Below are positions 25,951 through 37,770 of a DNA stretch of 64,000 nucleotides, one piece after another. Source of the DNA: Paraspadella gotoi. Lineage: Eukaryota > Animalia > Chaetognatha. The notes below the pieces were generated by a model. It saw only the letters and a list, made by a program, of their open reading frames with translations. It ran no database searches and was not told where the DNA came from. Each line of letters opens with the position of its first letter. The first letter of the stretch is position 1. A program made the position numbers and the translations under genes. The DNA is taken from the NCBI GenBank assembly GCA_051294375.1, contig CM119263.1, forward strand, positions 4,900,374-4,964,373. The letters are read 5' to 3'.

Positions 25951-28759
25951 AGTCGGATCTGCCTTATCAAGCAGAATCCCGGACTTCTATAACTCACTTT
26001 TTATAACTCACTTTTTCGGTCCGTCGGTCCGCGCCCCCCTCAATATGGTCGGGCACACACTTATAATCATGCTCAGAACATCGAATTATGATAAATTAGC
26101 AAAAAAAAATGAATTGTCCGTCCGTCCGTCTGCTGTCCGTCCGTCCGATCCGGCAACGTCCCACCTTAACAAAAAACACCAATTACTCGTGATTGGAGGC
26201 ATGGATTTAAAATGAATGCGATTGTGGAATAGTAAGTGTTGTTATTGAGCTGGATATTAAGTTTCGAGGTGGAATCGTCCGAGTGCTAAATGAGTTTGAA
26301 ATGGAAAAAACAAAAAAAATATATTCACTATTTGAAACACAATTGCTCATGAGTGGATGGGCTGATGACCTGGAATTTTGTAGTGGTAGAAAGTGTGGAC
26401 TTGAACAGGAAACTCAAGTTTCGATGGAATAGTTTTGTAGTGGAAATGAGTTGTTTAAATGGGAAAAAAACAAAAAACCCCTGTCTTTACTAATTCGATT
26501 ATGCTTCTTTTTCCTTTTATATAAAATGTATCTGCAGGCATGGTCAATTAATAAATCCAAATAATTAATCAGTTAATTATCAATTAGTAAATAAATTAAT
26601 AATAATTAATTAATTAGTCAATCAATCCGTTCCATCCGTCCCATCTTGAGCAAAAAGCTCCAAAACTCGTTATTGCTGGTTGATTGGAATAATTTGGTCA
26701 TGGCCCATGGGGTAGCGAAGTGTGTGATAAAGCTGGATCATAAAATTTTCGATGGAATCGTGTGAGTGGAAAATTAGTTTAAATGAAAAACATAAGTCCG
26801 AATTTACTAAATCTCTTTAACTTATTAACCCAATAAATACTCCAATTAATCATAGATTGCATGGATAGATGAGTTGAAATTTTGTAGTGTATGTGCGTAG
26901 GAAAACGTATGACGAAGCTGACTATAAAGTTTCAGTGCGAAACGTACCATGGAAAACCATAATGAGTTTAAATGAAAAACAATATGAGCACATGTTACTT
27001 GAATCTTTTTATTATTTAAACCCCATGACAGATTGAGAGTGAAAATTTGTGAGCCGTTAGGAAAGTGAGTCGAAGAGCATAGATAAAAGTTCCCTGACGG
27101 AATGCAAGTTGAAAAAATTATGAAAGTTGAAACAAATGATGCAAGTTAAAAAAATCTTAAAAAGAATAAAGATCGTCGGCTATTGCATAAAAAGAGAGAG
27201 AGACGGAGAGAGAGAAAGACCCTTGAGATGAAAGAGAGAGACGAGAGTGAGAGAGAAAGAGAAGAGAATGAAGAGCCAGAGAAGAAGAAGGAGACATAAT
27301 AAATCAAAAAAATCTTAAAAAGACCTCAAGATCGAGTCCAGAGCCCACTATCATAGAAAATATATGAAAAAAACCCGGGAATAAAACGATTATGGAAATC
27401 CAATTTGCGGAAAATAACCAGGGGAAATTTGTTGATGTACTAGTAATTTGATTGAGGCTAATATAATTGACTGATGTAATATAATTTATTGAATGATAAT
27501 AGGAACTTTATATTGATCGCATGATAATCAATTATTGATGCGATGATAGTCATTTCACTGCTGTGATGATAGTCCATCAGTATGCGATGATTGTCATTCA
27601 TTGATTCGATGATTGTCATCATTGATGCGATTGATGAGTCAATAAAACAAACAAATGCGTGTATGAGTTGAAACGAGAGAGAGAGGAGAAAGAGAGATAG
27701 AGGAAAGAAAGAGAGGAGACAAGAGAGACGAGAGAGAGAGAGACGAGAGAAAGAAAGAAAGAAAAAGAATAAATCCACGAAAATCTCGGATGAAAATAGC
27801 GGATTTTTGTATTGAAAAACAAGCGCCGAATAAATGGCCAATAATAAAAAGTTTTAGAAGGAAAAAATAAACAGAATTTTTCAAAAAACAAACGGATCAC
27901 GCAAAAAGATCGGACAATAGGACAACACACACAGAGAGACAGAGAGGACAGACGAGAAAGAAGAAAAAGAGAGAGAGACAGCGGCGCTGCAGAGAAAAAG
28001 AGAAAGAGCATATATAAACATTAAAAAGAGAGAGAGAGAGAAGCTCTATCAGCCCCTTTACTCGTTAAATAGATCAGCATACTTTATGGCGCGCCGCACG
28101 TAGCGTGAAAGCTAATTCTCTACCCAAAGGACCCGCGTGTTCGCCCAGTTCGCGGCATCGTTTTTTACATTAGTGAACGCCACAATTATACTAATACAAT
28201 TTTTTTGTAAAAAAAAAAGAGAGAAGGAGCAGAGAGAGAGAGAGAGAGAGAGATGAGTAAGAGAGAGAAAGAAGCTGGACAGACGCTGCAGAGCCGCGAA
28301 ACTCGTTTTAGAAAGAAAGCAGTGACGGAGAAAAAGAAGAGAGAAGAGCGACATATAATTAAACGTTTTTGGTTTGTAAATAAAACACTAAACAAATACC
28401 AATGACTTGATCATGAAACATGAGAATTCTTAAAGATCCTTGATGCATTGAAGCCAGTATATGAAAATTCAACTCCCTATGATTATCACACTTATCAAGA
28501 GAGCTCATGATTGCTAAAAAAGCGAGACCGAAAGCTAAACCGAAAAAAAAATCTTAGACAGGACGGCTTTGCCGCCTGGCCTCGATAATAGAGGATATTT
28601 ATGTTTGTTTTATGAAAAATGTAAACAAAAACATTTTTAAAAACTGTCCTCGACTCAATTTTAAGGTACCACGATGATACAAGCTGAATAAAATTTATCA
28701 ATTAACTCAATAATTAATTAATATCGTAGGCAGATCCGACATTGTTTGCTCAACTTGTT
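25951..28759 (+). mobile_element. HINE family 1, long 2.8-kb version with internal tandem repeats
   Basis: catttttt[agtcggatctgcc...ggcagatccgacattgtttgctcaacttgtt]catcattag versus empty site cattttttt-catcattag at 19573-19590. No TSD. subTIRs gtcggatctgc / gcagatccgac. (GTCC)n near the 5' end. Confidence 0.88.
26200..27130 (+). repeat. About five degenerate ~150-200-bp tandem units inside the long HINE
   Basis: A recurrent motif (ga)aattttgtagtg...aagtgtg...gagctgga...aagtttcgatggaatcgt..gagtggaaatgagtttaaatgaaaaa occurs near 26230, 26375, 26715, 26875 and 27040. Confidence 0.65.
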
Positions 28760-29333
28760 CATCATTAGTTCTTCTTCTTCTTTCTTCTTTCCCTCCATTT
28801 CCTTTTCTCCTTTCTCCATTTTTCTTTTCTTTCTTCCTCCCTTTTTTCTTTTTTCTCCTTTTCTCCCTTTTTCCTTTTATCTCCTTTCCTCCCTTTTTTA
28901 TATCAAAGAATCAATTCCAATCTCCCAAACATTTTTTTCGTCATTAGTTTCTCACATTTTTTAAGTAAGATTTTTTGTCCTTCAAAAGTGAATGAGTCTT
29001 GATTGCCAAAAGACTGACCAATATGCGGAAAGTGAGCTGAAGGCCGTGACATCTCACCCCCTGGGCGTGTTCTCTTCTGTGAATCCTCAAAGTTCGTGAT
29101 TCCACATCACGTCGGAGAGAGAGAGACGATGGAATCGGGTTTTTTGTTTGGGGGAAAGGTAGTTAATAAAAGATATTATAGTTTACTTACCCTTTTTGTG
29201 ACGGCAGAATGAACGGAAAATGAAAAGTGGAAAGAAGAAAAGTAATTAATTAATATTTTGTATTAGCTATTATTTTACTTTGAAACTGAGGACACATAAT
29301 TCTCTCTCTCTCTCTCTCTCTCTCCTCTCTCTC

Positions 29334-29373
<40 letters not shown>

Positions 29374-29702
29374 CTCGTTCTTGCGTTATTCCCATTATTT
29401 TCGAGTTCAATGGGTTTTTTTTTAAACTGGGGGAAATATTACTCAGAGAGAGACAGTGAGACAGAGAAACAGAGAGAGAGAGAGACAATCTCTTGTCCTC
29501 CCGATTCGAAAGGCCGAATATTTTTTATTCGTCGTCGTCGTCGTCGTCGTCATCGCCATCATCGTCGTCGTCCTCATCGTCGTGGTCGCCCCGCCTCAAT
29601 AAAGATCACATATTCACGCCCCGACTCACGTCTGATGACTAATGACTTCACTCCTTCCAAGATTCTGTCACTTTTCTTTTCTCAAAGGAGAAGGCTTTTT
29701 GA

Positions 29703-29742
<40 letters not shown>

Positions 29743-29981
29743 TGCCTACAGATGCCGTCCACTCAAACGTTTTACGCCGCCTTTGCGCCTGCATCGCCTC
29801 GTCTGTTCACAGGTGCAATCAACTCTTCTGCGTCTTTGTCGTTTCGTTTTCCATCAAATTGTCTTTCCCGATCGGCTGATTTTTTCTTTTCTTTTGTTTC
29901 CTTTTCCTCTCTCTCTCTCTTTCTCTATCTCTCTCTGTCTCTCTCCCTCTCTCTATCACTCTCTCTCTCTCTATTTGTCTA

Positions 29982-30037
<56 letters not shown>

Positions 30038-31355
30038 TCCCGCGCGAAATGATGTCAAAAGATCCAGAAATTGACAAAAGAAATAAGATGAGAATCAAGG
30101 CCAAAGGGAGAGATTAGTTTTTTATCTCCAAAACGCGGGAGGGAGAGAGAAAGAGGGGGGAGGAAGGGGGGAGGAATTGAGGTAGAGAGACGCTTTATGA
30201 CAGGATGTGGGGGAGGAGGAGGAGGAGGAGGAGGAGGGAGAGGGAGACACGGATGAGTCCAGAGGTGAAATGAGGTTAGGGTCGTGCGATGATTTGAGAA
30301 GTTTTTTGGAAGGAGAGAAGAAAGAAGATGAGGAAGGAGAAAGAAGAAGAAAGGGAGGAAATATTAAATGAATTTTAAAGAATAGAGGGATGAACTAGAA
30401 ATAGAAAAAAAGAAAGAAGTAGATGTGAGAAGGAGAAAAAAAAACAAAGGATAAAATGGCAGAAATAGAATTATGATATGAAAATCCGAATGAAGGCGGC
30501 GAAGGCGGCCATCTTGAATTTTTTTTACTCTGGACCGAAAGGGATTGTTTACGATAGGAAAAACAAACATAAACACCNNNNNNNNNNNNNNNNNNNNNNN
30601 NNNNNNNNNNNNNNNNNNNNNNNNNNNNNNNNNNNNNNNNNNNNNNNNNNNNNNNNNNNNNNNNNNNNNNNNNNNNNNNNNNNNNNNNNNNNNNNNNNNN
30701 NNNNNNNNNNNNNNNNNNNNNNNNNNNNNNNNNNNNNNNNNNNNNNNNNNNNNNNNNNNNNNGAGAGAGAGAGAGAGAGAGAGTGAGAGAGAATTTTGAT
30801 GAATGTGAGACGAAGATAAGTTTTCCATCACACTGTCTCCTCTTGGAGTCGCGTGGCGGAGAGAGAAGGGAAACAGATAATACAAAGGGAAGAATGGAAA
30901 GTAAGGTTAAAAAAGAAAGGAAAGATAGGTAAAAAGATTGGAAATAAAGTTAAAAAGGAAAAGAAAAGTAAGAAGCCTATAGGAAAGAAAAAAAGATATG
31001 AAATTTGGTTTCGTTTTTCGTCCTATCTTATTCAAAACTCATTCAACTTGAATCTTTGAACATTGGATGCTCTTACCATGGACAACTGTGATAATGATAT
31101 GATAATGATTATGATAAATATGATTATGAGGACGATAATGATCATAGGTTAATGATGATATTCATTCATGATAAGATGATGCTCATCAACTAGATGATAG
31201 ATTTTCATGAGGAAATACAACTTAAGATATTGAGATAATTTTTCTTAAAGAGATTCCTTTTTTAAAGACGATAACGACGACGACGATGACGACGACAACG
31301 AAACTAAAACATCAACCAAAAACCATTGTTCATTCTTGTCTTACGTCTCATTACT

Positions 31356-31409
<54 letters not shown>

Positions 31410-31963
31410 ATCGAATCAATGGATTGTATTTTGCATAATACATCGCGTTCGGAGCAAAAGTGCCGCCGACGGTTATAAAGAAAGAATAAAAAATTCGGAA
31501 ATAAAAAAGAATAAGGGAATAAATTGCGTGCGAGGAGGTGTGATTGTCTCACACATAAATGCACGCGCGAACGTGTGGTTGTCTCACACATTGTCGTACC
31601 CAAGAGTTTGCTCATTGAAATTTCATTATTTTTAACATATGCGGTTGTGCATATGTGCAGTGTGCAGATGTTTTATTTGTCCGTAATTTTGAGTCATTCA
31701 TTCGACGCTTTCAGTATGGTCTCGCCAGCGCGCCGTAACATTTTGTAAATGCAGTTTGTACACAATCTGATCGAAGTGCACGCTGGAACCATTTCTATGT
31801 GAATTCCAGGTGACCGCGCACACTGTGACCTATTCGGTGCGCACATTCTGGTGGTGCGTCGCGATTCAACCGGAGCTCGTGGGTGTGCTCGTGAAAACGA
31901 AAACAACATCGACGACGACGACGACGTCGAAGGCGTTGAGCGTGGAAGCGTTTTGTGGGCGGC

Positions 31964-32030
31964 GATGATGATGATGATGATGATGACGATGATTATGATG
32001 ATGATGGTGATGATGATGATGATGATAGAT
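31964..32030 (+). repeat. (GAT)n microsatellite (similar tracts 31090-31150, 41241-41290, 53050-53165)
   Basis: Directly visible trinucleotide array. Confidence 0.9.
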
Positions 32031-33084
32031 GAGATGAGATGAGATGACCGTCGATCGATTCGATTCGTATGACGGTTCGATGATTCTGCATTCGATGATC
32101 CGATTACGATGATCGATTCGATTCGGTTCTGATGAAACCCGATGATTATCTCCTCTATGATGATTCTCTCTATCCTTCGTATATTTATTACTAAGGTGGC
32201 TCGTACCGCAGAAATTGTTTGTACCGGAGAGCCCATCGATTTGTTGACTGACAGTGACAGAACGAAGATACAATCTTAGATCCGAGCCATGTTCCGATCG
32301 CGGACTGCAAATGAATTCCGCCTTGTATCGCTTATTGGTTCCTTCGCATTTTTTTGATCACCGCCCAAATTCACGTTGTTTTTTTGGTATTGTATTTTCT
32401 GTAGACTGAGATTTTTGTATTTGGACTGATGACGATGATGCAACACAATACGGATGTCTGTGTATTTTCGATTCGTATCGACTGGTTCGCTGGACGTCAG
32501 AAGTAGCGAACGAAAACCGGTTGAATGCAGACACATAAAGATAGGTAAAAAAAGAGTGAAAAGAGAAGAAAATGAGAGGAAACGGGAGAGAAAGAAATAG
32601 AGGAGTATCAGATATTGAGCTCGATGTGCACCGTAAGCAGTTTTGGATACTGATCGTTTTGTTGTTTTTTTTTGTTTTTTTTTTGTTTTTTTTTCTTTCT
32701 AAAAATTGATTAAATTTTGCCTATTGCGAAATGTCCGTGTTTTTTTACGAGAACATCTGTCATTGCCTGAAGACGAAATAATCTCTTTGCTGGCTTTTGA
32801 TATCTGCCAAGTTGCTAACCATTTTTAAGAAAAAAACCTTGAACATAAATTGAATGCAACCGGACCTATCGAAACAACGACGTGGAATTCGTCTATCTAA
32901 AAAAAGTCGAAACGAAGTTTGTTTCCGGCCAGACTCGCCCCCTTGTTGCGAACGCCGAAGCGTCAGTGCACGATATCCCGATCGCATGGTCTAACGAAGA
33001 TTACCTCGGAATTCATTAATCACTCGTTAACGACTTTCCAAAAGACAAATATCTGATCCTCTGGAGGGTACGCAAGATCAACAC

Positions 33085-33154
<70 letters not shown>

Positions 33155-33459
33155 TAGAAGACAAAGATGAGAGAGTACCAAGTCAGAGAGGTAGAGAGAG
33201 AGAGCGGAGGAGAAACTGAGGGAAGAAACGGAAGGCCCTTGCGGTGAGAAACCAGCTGCCGTATGAAAGTAACGTGGTTGTTCCTTTTCACTCACATTCG
33301 AAAACCAAAGACGATCAAATGCCCAAACTCTCGACCGATGAGAAATAAAAAAACAACAACAACAATAACAATACTAAACAACAACAACAATAAACAACAT
33401 CCGTCATCGAAACCGCGATTCGCCTCTTCGCACCTCGTCCACTCAAATCGGATATCAAA

Positions 33460-33495
<36 letters not shown>

Positions 33496-36219
33496 ATTCG
33501 ATATTTTTTACTTCTTTTTTATCTGGTTGTTTCCTTTCTTTTCCGAGTTGACGATTGCGCTCAGCCAAGGCTGTTGCAACGGAAGACCTCTGGCCTAGAT
33601 ATATCTGCATGATATAAAATAAATCTGTTTCATATAAATCAACTCAATAAATCTGCGCAACGTAAAATTAAAATTTTCAATCTCTTAGTTTGTGCTGAGT
33701 TTTTCTCTGTTACTTCCTAGTTTGCCATTTTCTCTCTCTGTCGTCCCCGTTTTTGGTTTTCTTTTTGCCCTTTCGTGCGAACATATTTTTCTTTTTATTT
33801 TGTCTCGTTCCCCATTTTTTCTCTTCCTCATTTTTTTTTCGTTCTCCTCCTCCTCTTGCTGCGCCTCCATTAACTTAGTTAACATTCTTTGTTAGAGCAA
33901 ACGTCGTTTTTCCCTTCATTACATAAGACTATGTAACAGTTCGGTTTCAGCTAAACCAATGTTCATTGTCGTTTCTCTTTCTTGGCGTCCCGTTTCCTTC
34001 TCAAGCCCGTTGTAAACCTTCCTGCCAGTTCCATTTCTCAACTTTGGTCTTTCTTATCAATTTCCACTCCAATTTCTCTCACATAATCTTTATCTATCTT
34101 TCTTCTTTTTCCATCGTAACAGCTCCTCTCCACTCTTTCTCTTCTTTCACATCTCTTATCTCTCCTTTTCCATCATATCAATTGTCTTTCTCCTATCTTC
34201 TCTTCATCTATTCCCTTTCTCCAACTACTCTTTCTTCCTCTTTCTCTATCTCCGTGTCCTTCTCTCTATGTCTCTAGACTTTCTCGCCATTTGATCTTTT
34301 TGCTTCTCTTCAGATGCAGTCGCACTCTCTCTCTCTCTCTCCCACTCTCTCTCTCCTATCTCTTCTCTTCTCCTCTTCTTTCTTTTCTCTCCCTCTTCCG
34401 CCCAGCAGAGAAAGCCACTCTCCCATAACACGAAGATCTTTCCCTCTCTGATGCAACCAGAAATCTCAATCGAAAGTTCCGGATTCTAATCCTTTATTGG
34501 CACACATTAGCAAACTGAGGGAATGCGGGGGACCTGGACTCGTAGGGAAGTGAGATTGGGAGGAGAATTTCCGAAGGAGGCTTAGGGGAGGGATTGTGCA
34601 GGAACAGTGGTACTCTCATAAGGGGGATTGCGAGTTTTAAGGGGTAGGTTTCAGGATTGGAGGGAATGAAAAGCACCCTGAGTGCGGAACTCGGGATTGA
34701 AGGAAGTGGAATAGGGGAAGGGTACTTAGGGGGGAGTCAGATGGTGAGGGGTATTTAGGGGGGGTTCGGGGAGGGGACTGAGGGGCGGAGACCTTCTGGG
34801 CGGATAGGAATGGGCTGGTACCCAGTTTTGGAAAGGACGGGGATTGGGTTGGGGGAAGGATTGCGGGGAATTGGTGGACTAGGGTGGGACAAGAGGATTC
34901 TTCTGAGGAGGAGGAATAATCAGCGGAGGGATTAGGGCAATGGGGCAGGAGATTAGGGGGTCGGATCGGATCTCACCTACAGGGGATCTTAGTTGTGTTG
35001 TATAGACTCATTGACAAAAGAGGTAATGGTTCCTCGGCTTTCCACTGTATCTCGCTCGCATTGAGGATGGGAGGGGATACATAGCGAGAAATTCAGGGAC
35101 CCGACTGTACAAGAGATTCCAGAGGCCATATGATACACCAGAGGGCGTACCAAAATATCGGAAACGGACTAGCGGTTCCTGTCCATTCGTCGCCCATTCG
35201 CGCACTGCTGTTTTCGGCAAAGATGCAATACTGTTGCCGGCGGTGAGACAGTCCAGTTTGCTGCAGCTGAACATCCGAGAAAGGCATCTACTGCCATCAC
35301 CAGAAAGATGATGAACGAGACACAATTTGGCGGAGAGGAGGAAGCGATGAGTCGACTCGAGAAGGAGTTATCGAGCAGAGGAGGAAAGGAATGGGGTTGA
35401 GTACGAGGAGTATATGAATGGCGAGTCGAGGTGGGCTGGTGCAGGTAGAGGAGAATGGTGGCGAGGCGCATCGGGGTGTTGGGAGAGGGACGAACGAGGT
35501 GATGATTAGGCGGGTAGATCTTAGACTCAGTGAGCCCTTTACGTCAAACAAATGCGTTGATCGGAAGAACAAATTGATCGGAAAAGGCAGGGAGAGTTGA
35601 GGAGCAAGGAATGAATAATTCGGATACGGTGAGAGAGGAAAGTAAGTCAACAGAGCAATAGAGACATCTGTATCTCGTAGGAGGCGTTGCTACGCCGGGC
35701 AGTGTGATATGTGTGTATCTAGTGTCTGAGGAGTTGGAGTCGTAGCACTAGATAACGTAGACAGCAAAACGCGACCCGACAGAGCAACAAGTCGAGAAAT
35801 CCGGAACCAAAGAAAGAAAAGAAAACGCTCCCCGAGGCCAAACAGGCCGAGAGTTAGCACCTTGGAAGAAACGAGGACCGCTACAGGAAAGAAAGTCTAA
35901 AATACCGACTACGCAAAATAAAGAGGGAGAGCATGATACTGGACTGATCGTTAGCGTCAGTGAGACGAACGACCGACACAGATAGGAGGTTTACAGTAAA
36001 TATAATCGAAATCATTCTGTCGGTAACTGCGAGGAATAATTCTATAGTACTGAGTAACAGTAGATTATTCCTCGCAAGACGATGGTATTAACATATTCCG
36101 CACGGAAAATAATTATATGACTAATCGACGTAATCGTATCGATAGGTTAACATCAACCTCATAAATGTTACGATCAGTGCGGCGAAAAAGAATCGGTCGT
36201 CGTCGTCTGAGTACGTCGT

Positions 36220-36830
36220 CGTCGTGTCGTCGGCAGAGATACGTAATCTTGAGATGAGAAAACGTAAATAAGGTTTAATCGGAGACGAGAGCCACTTTTT
36301 ACCCTAACAGAACGAAAATATTCTGATACCGAGACGAAACGCTGAATTGCTGTATAGAAGATCGAATTTACGCCGGTCCTTTACCCGAGGTTATGAGAGA
36401 AAAGTGCCACCTGGAATCTTTTTTCACATGTATGTTAATGAAATTGAATTCAGTAGGACCGAGACACATCTCATATTATAATTCGATTAATTCCGAGTTA
36501 GAGAACCGTAAGTATACCGGCTATTTCGCCGTATCTATGTCTTTTCATAACGTATATGACTCTTAGATCCACATTTGCTTAGCTGCTCGAGCGACCTCTG
36601 TAAGACGAGATTTCGCCAGATAATTTCTGCTCGAGAAGAGCTACTTTGTCTCAAGTTGTCATATGCCATCACTTAATAATACTATGAATTCATTTTATCT
36701 ATAGAGTTTTTCCATCTTTTTAACATGATAAAAAGCTTTTCTTTTCTCTATTATTCACAAGATCTACAACCAAATTTCTTTCTTCTGTTTTAGTGTACAA
36801 ATGAAAATTTGCACCAATTAAATCATTTTC
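36220..36830 (-). pseudogene. Frameshifted non-LTR reverse transcriptase core
   Basis: Manual minus-strand translation gives motifs in canonical order: DLVNNREKKSFLSC (~NYRPISLLS, ~36745), LEQKLSGEISSYRGRSS (~QxGFRxGRST, ~36600), atgaaaagacatagatacgg (~KKAYDTV with indels, ~36535), GINR (~36490), IPGGTFLS (~GxPQGxxLS, ~36410) and SADDTT (~Y/FADD, ~36228). Confidence 0.55.
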
Positions 36831-37454
36831 CTTGCCTTCCGCTGTTTTCACAAATAGGTACTCGATTCCTTATTTTTTTTTTTTCATATATTTTGCGTCT
36901 TATTTGAGTATTTTTTCTCTTAAAAATTCTTAATTATTTCAGTCTCTCTCGCCTTGCTCTACGATACTTTTACTAGGAAAAATAGTTAAGAGATTATCGA
37001 GCACCATTCTCTCTGTATATTTTTAAGTATTGTTTCATTTTAGTCTAGAGAAATATATTCTCACAAAATAACATAAGCAATACTATCGTGGTAAATATCC
37101 TTCCTCTATTCCTCATACTCCATTTGAGGATGATCGCCTCCTCATCCTCGTCATCGCGATCCACTGAGCCGTGGCCATCTGTATTGCGGCAAAATGCTTT
37201 CTCTGTATCATAGCACTTTCATTTGCCGAGGTTCATTCAGAGGTGTCAAGAACTGCGTATATCACACCTGTAGCCGCGGCAAATTCTTTTTTCACCTTCA
37301 GCTCCGCGTATCGTTTCCGCGATGCCATCGTTCCACAGTCTTTATTGCTGATGAACTCCTGATTTGCGTCTGGTCCCCCTCCTCTTTTCTCTAGAAGCTA
37401 CAATTGGGCACTGCCCGCTTTAAATATGTACACCTGCAAAGGAAAGGGCCGCTC

Positions 37455-37770
37455 CGTCGTCTTACAAGATTACAGGAAACAACCTTAAACCAAACCAATA
37501 CCTATATTATCTAAAAAACATTCTGAAACAAAAATAAACGTAACTCGAATAATTGAAATAAGAAGACAACATAGACATCAATACCATCCAATCCGAATAT
37601 CATGTGGAAAACTAAAGGCGATTTTTTCTTCCCCCATTATTTTTACAATTGTCAGCGTAAGCACAATGATTATTTTTTTGCTCTAATGCGTATACGCGAT
37701 TGGAATACATTAAGCGAAAAATGGAAGGAAGCAACTGAAAGGAAATTTAAGTGTAGTAATCCACATGAAC
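37455..37770 (+). pseudogene. CR1/L2-group LINE ORF2 C-terminal-like fragment
   Basis: Plus-strand YKITGN..QYL, RRQHRHQY, FFFP and YFFALMRIRDWNTLSEKWKEATERKFK resemble the YKI...RxxH...FFxRxIxxWNxLP...FK tail of CR1-group ORF2. Frameshifts are needed. Confidence 0.4.

Larger units (their letters stand above)
21851..31095. repeat. Duplicated block, copy 3 (lacks the 3-kb TIR element; carries the long HINE)
   Basis: 21851-24060 matches 5860-8085, 24060-25950 matches 17760-19580, and 28760-31095 matches 19581-21825. Confidence 0.9.

Noticed and set aside
29410-30117. 235-aa Arg-rich ORF
   Set aside because: Built from (CGT/CGA)n and (CT)n; the frame is not preserved in the duplicate at 20270-20940.
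31538-31591. CRISPR-like repeat-spacer-repeat
   Set aside because: Only two 19-bp units with a 16-bp spacer, eukaryotic context, no cas genes.
32760-32795. Hammerhead-like ctgaaga-c-gaaa core
   Set aside because: No stem II and no convincing stems I or III.
35008-35325. PKT...NGQEPLVRFRYFG as an RT FKYLG-like motif (minus strand)
   Set aside because: About 1 kb from the ADD-like motif, much further than expected; compatible with the LINE remnant but not supportable alone.
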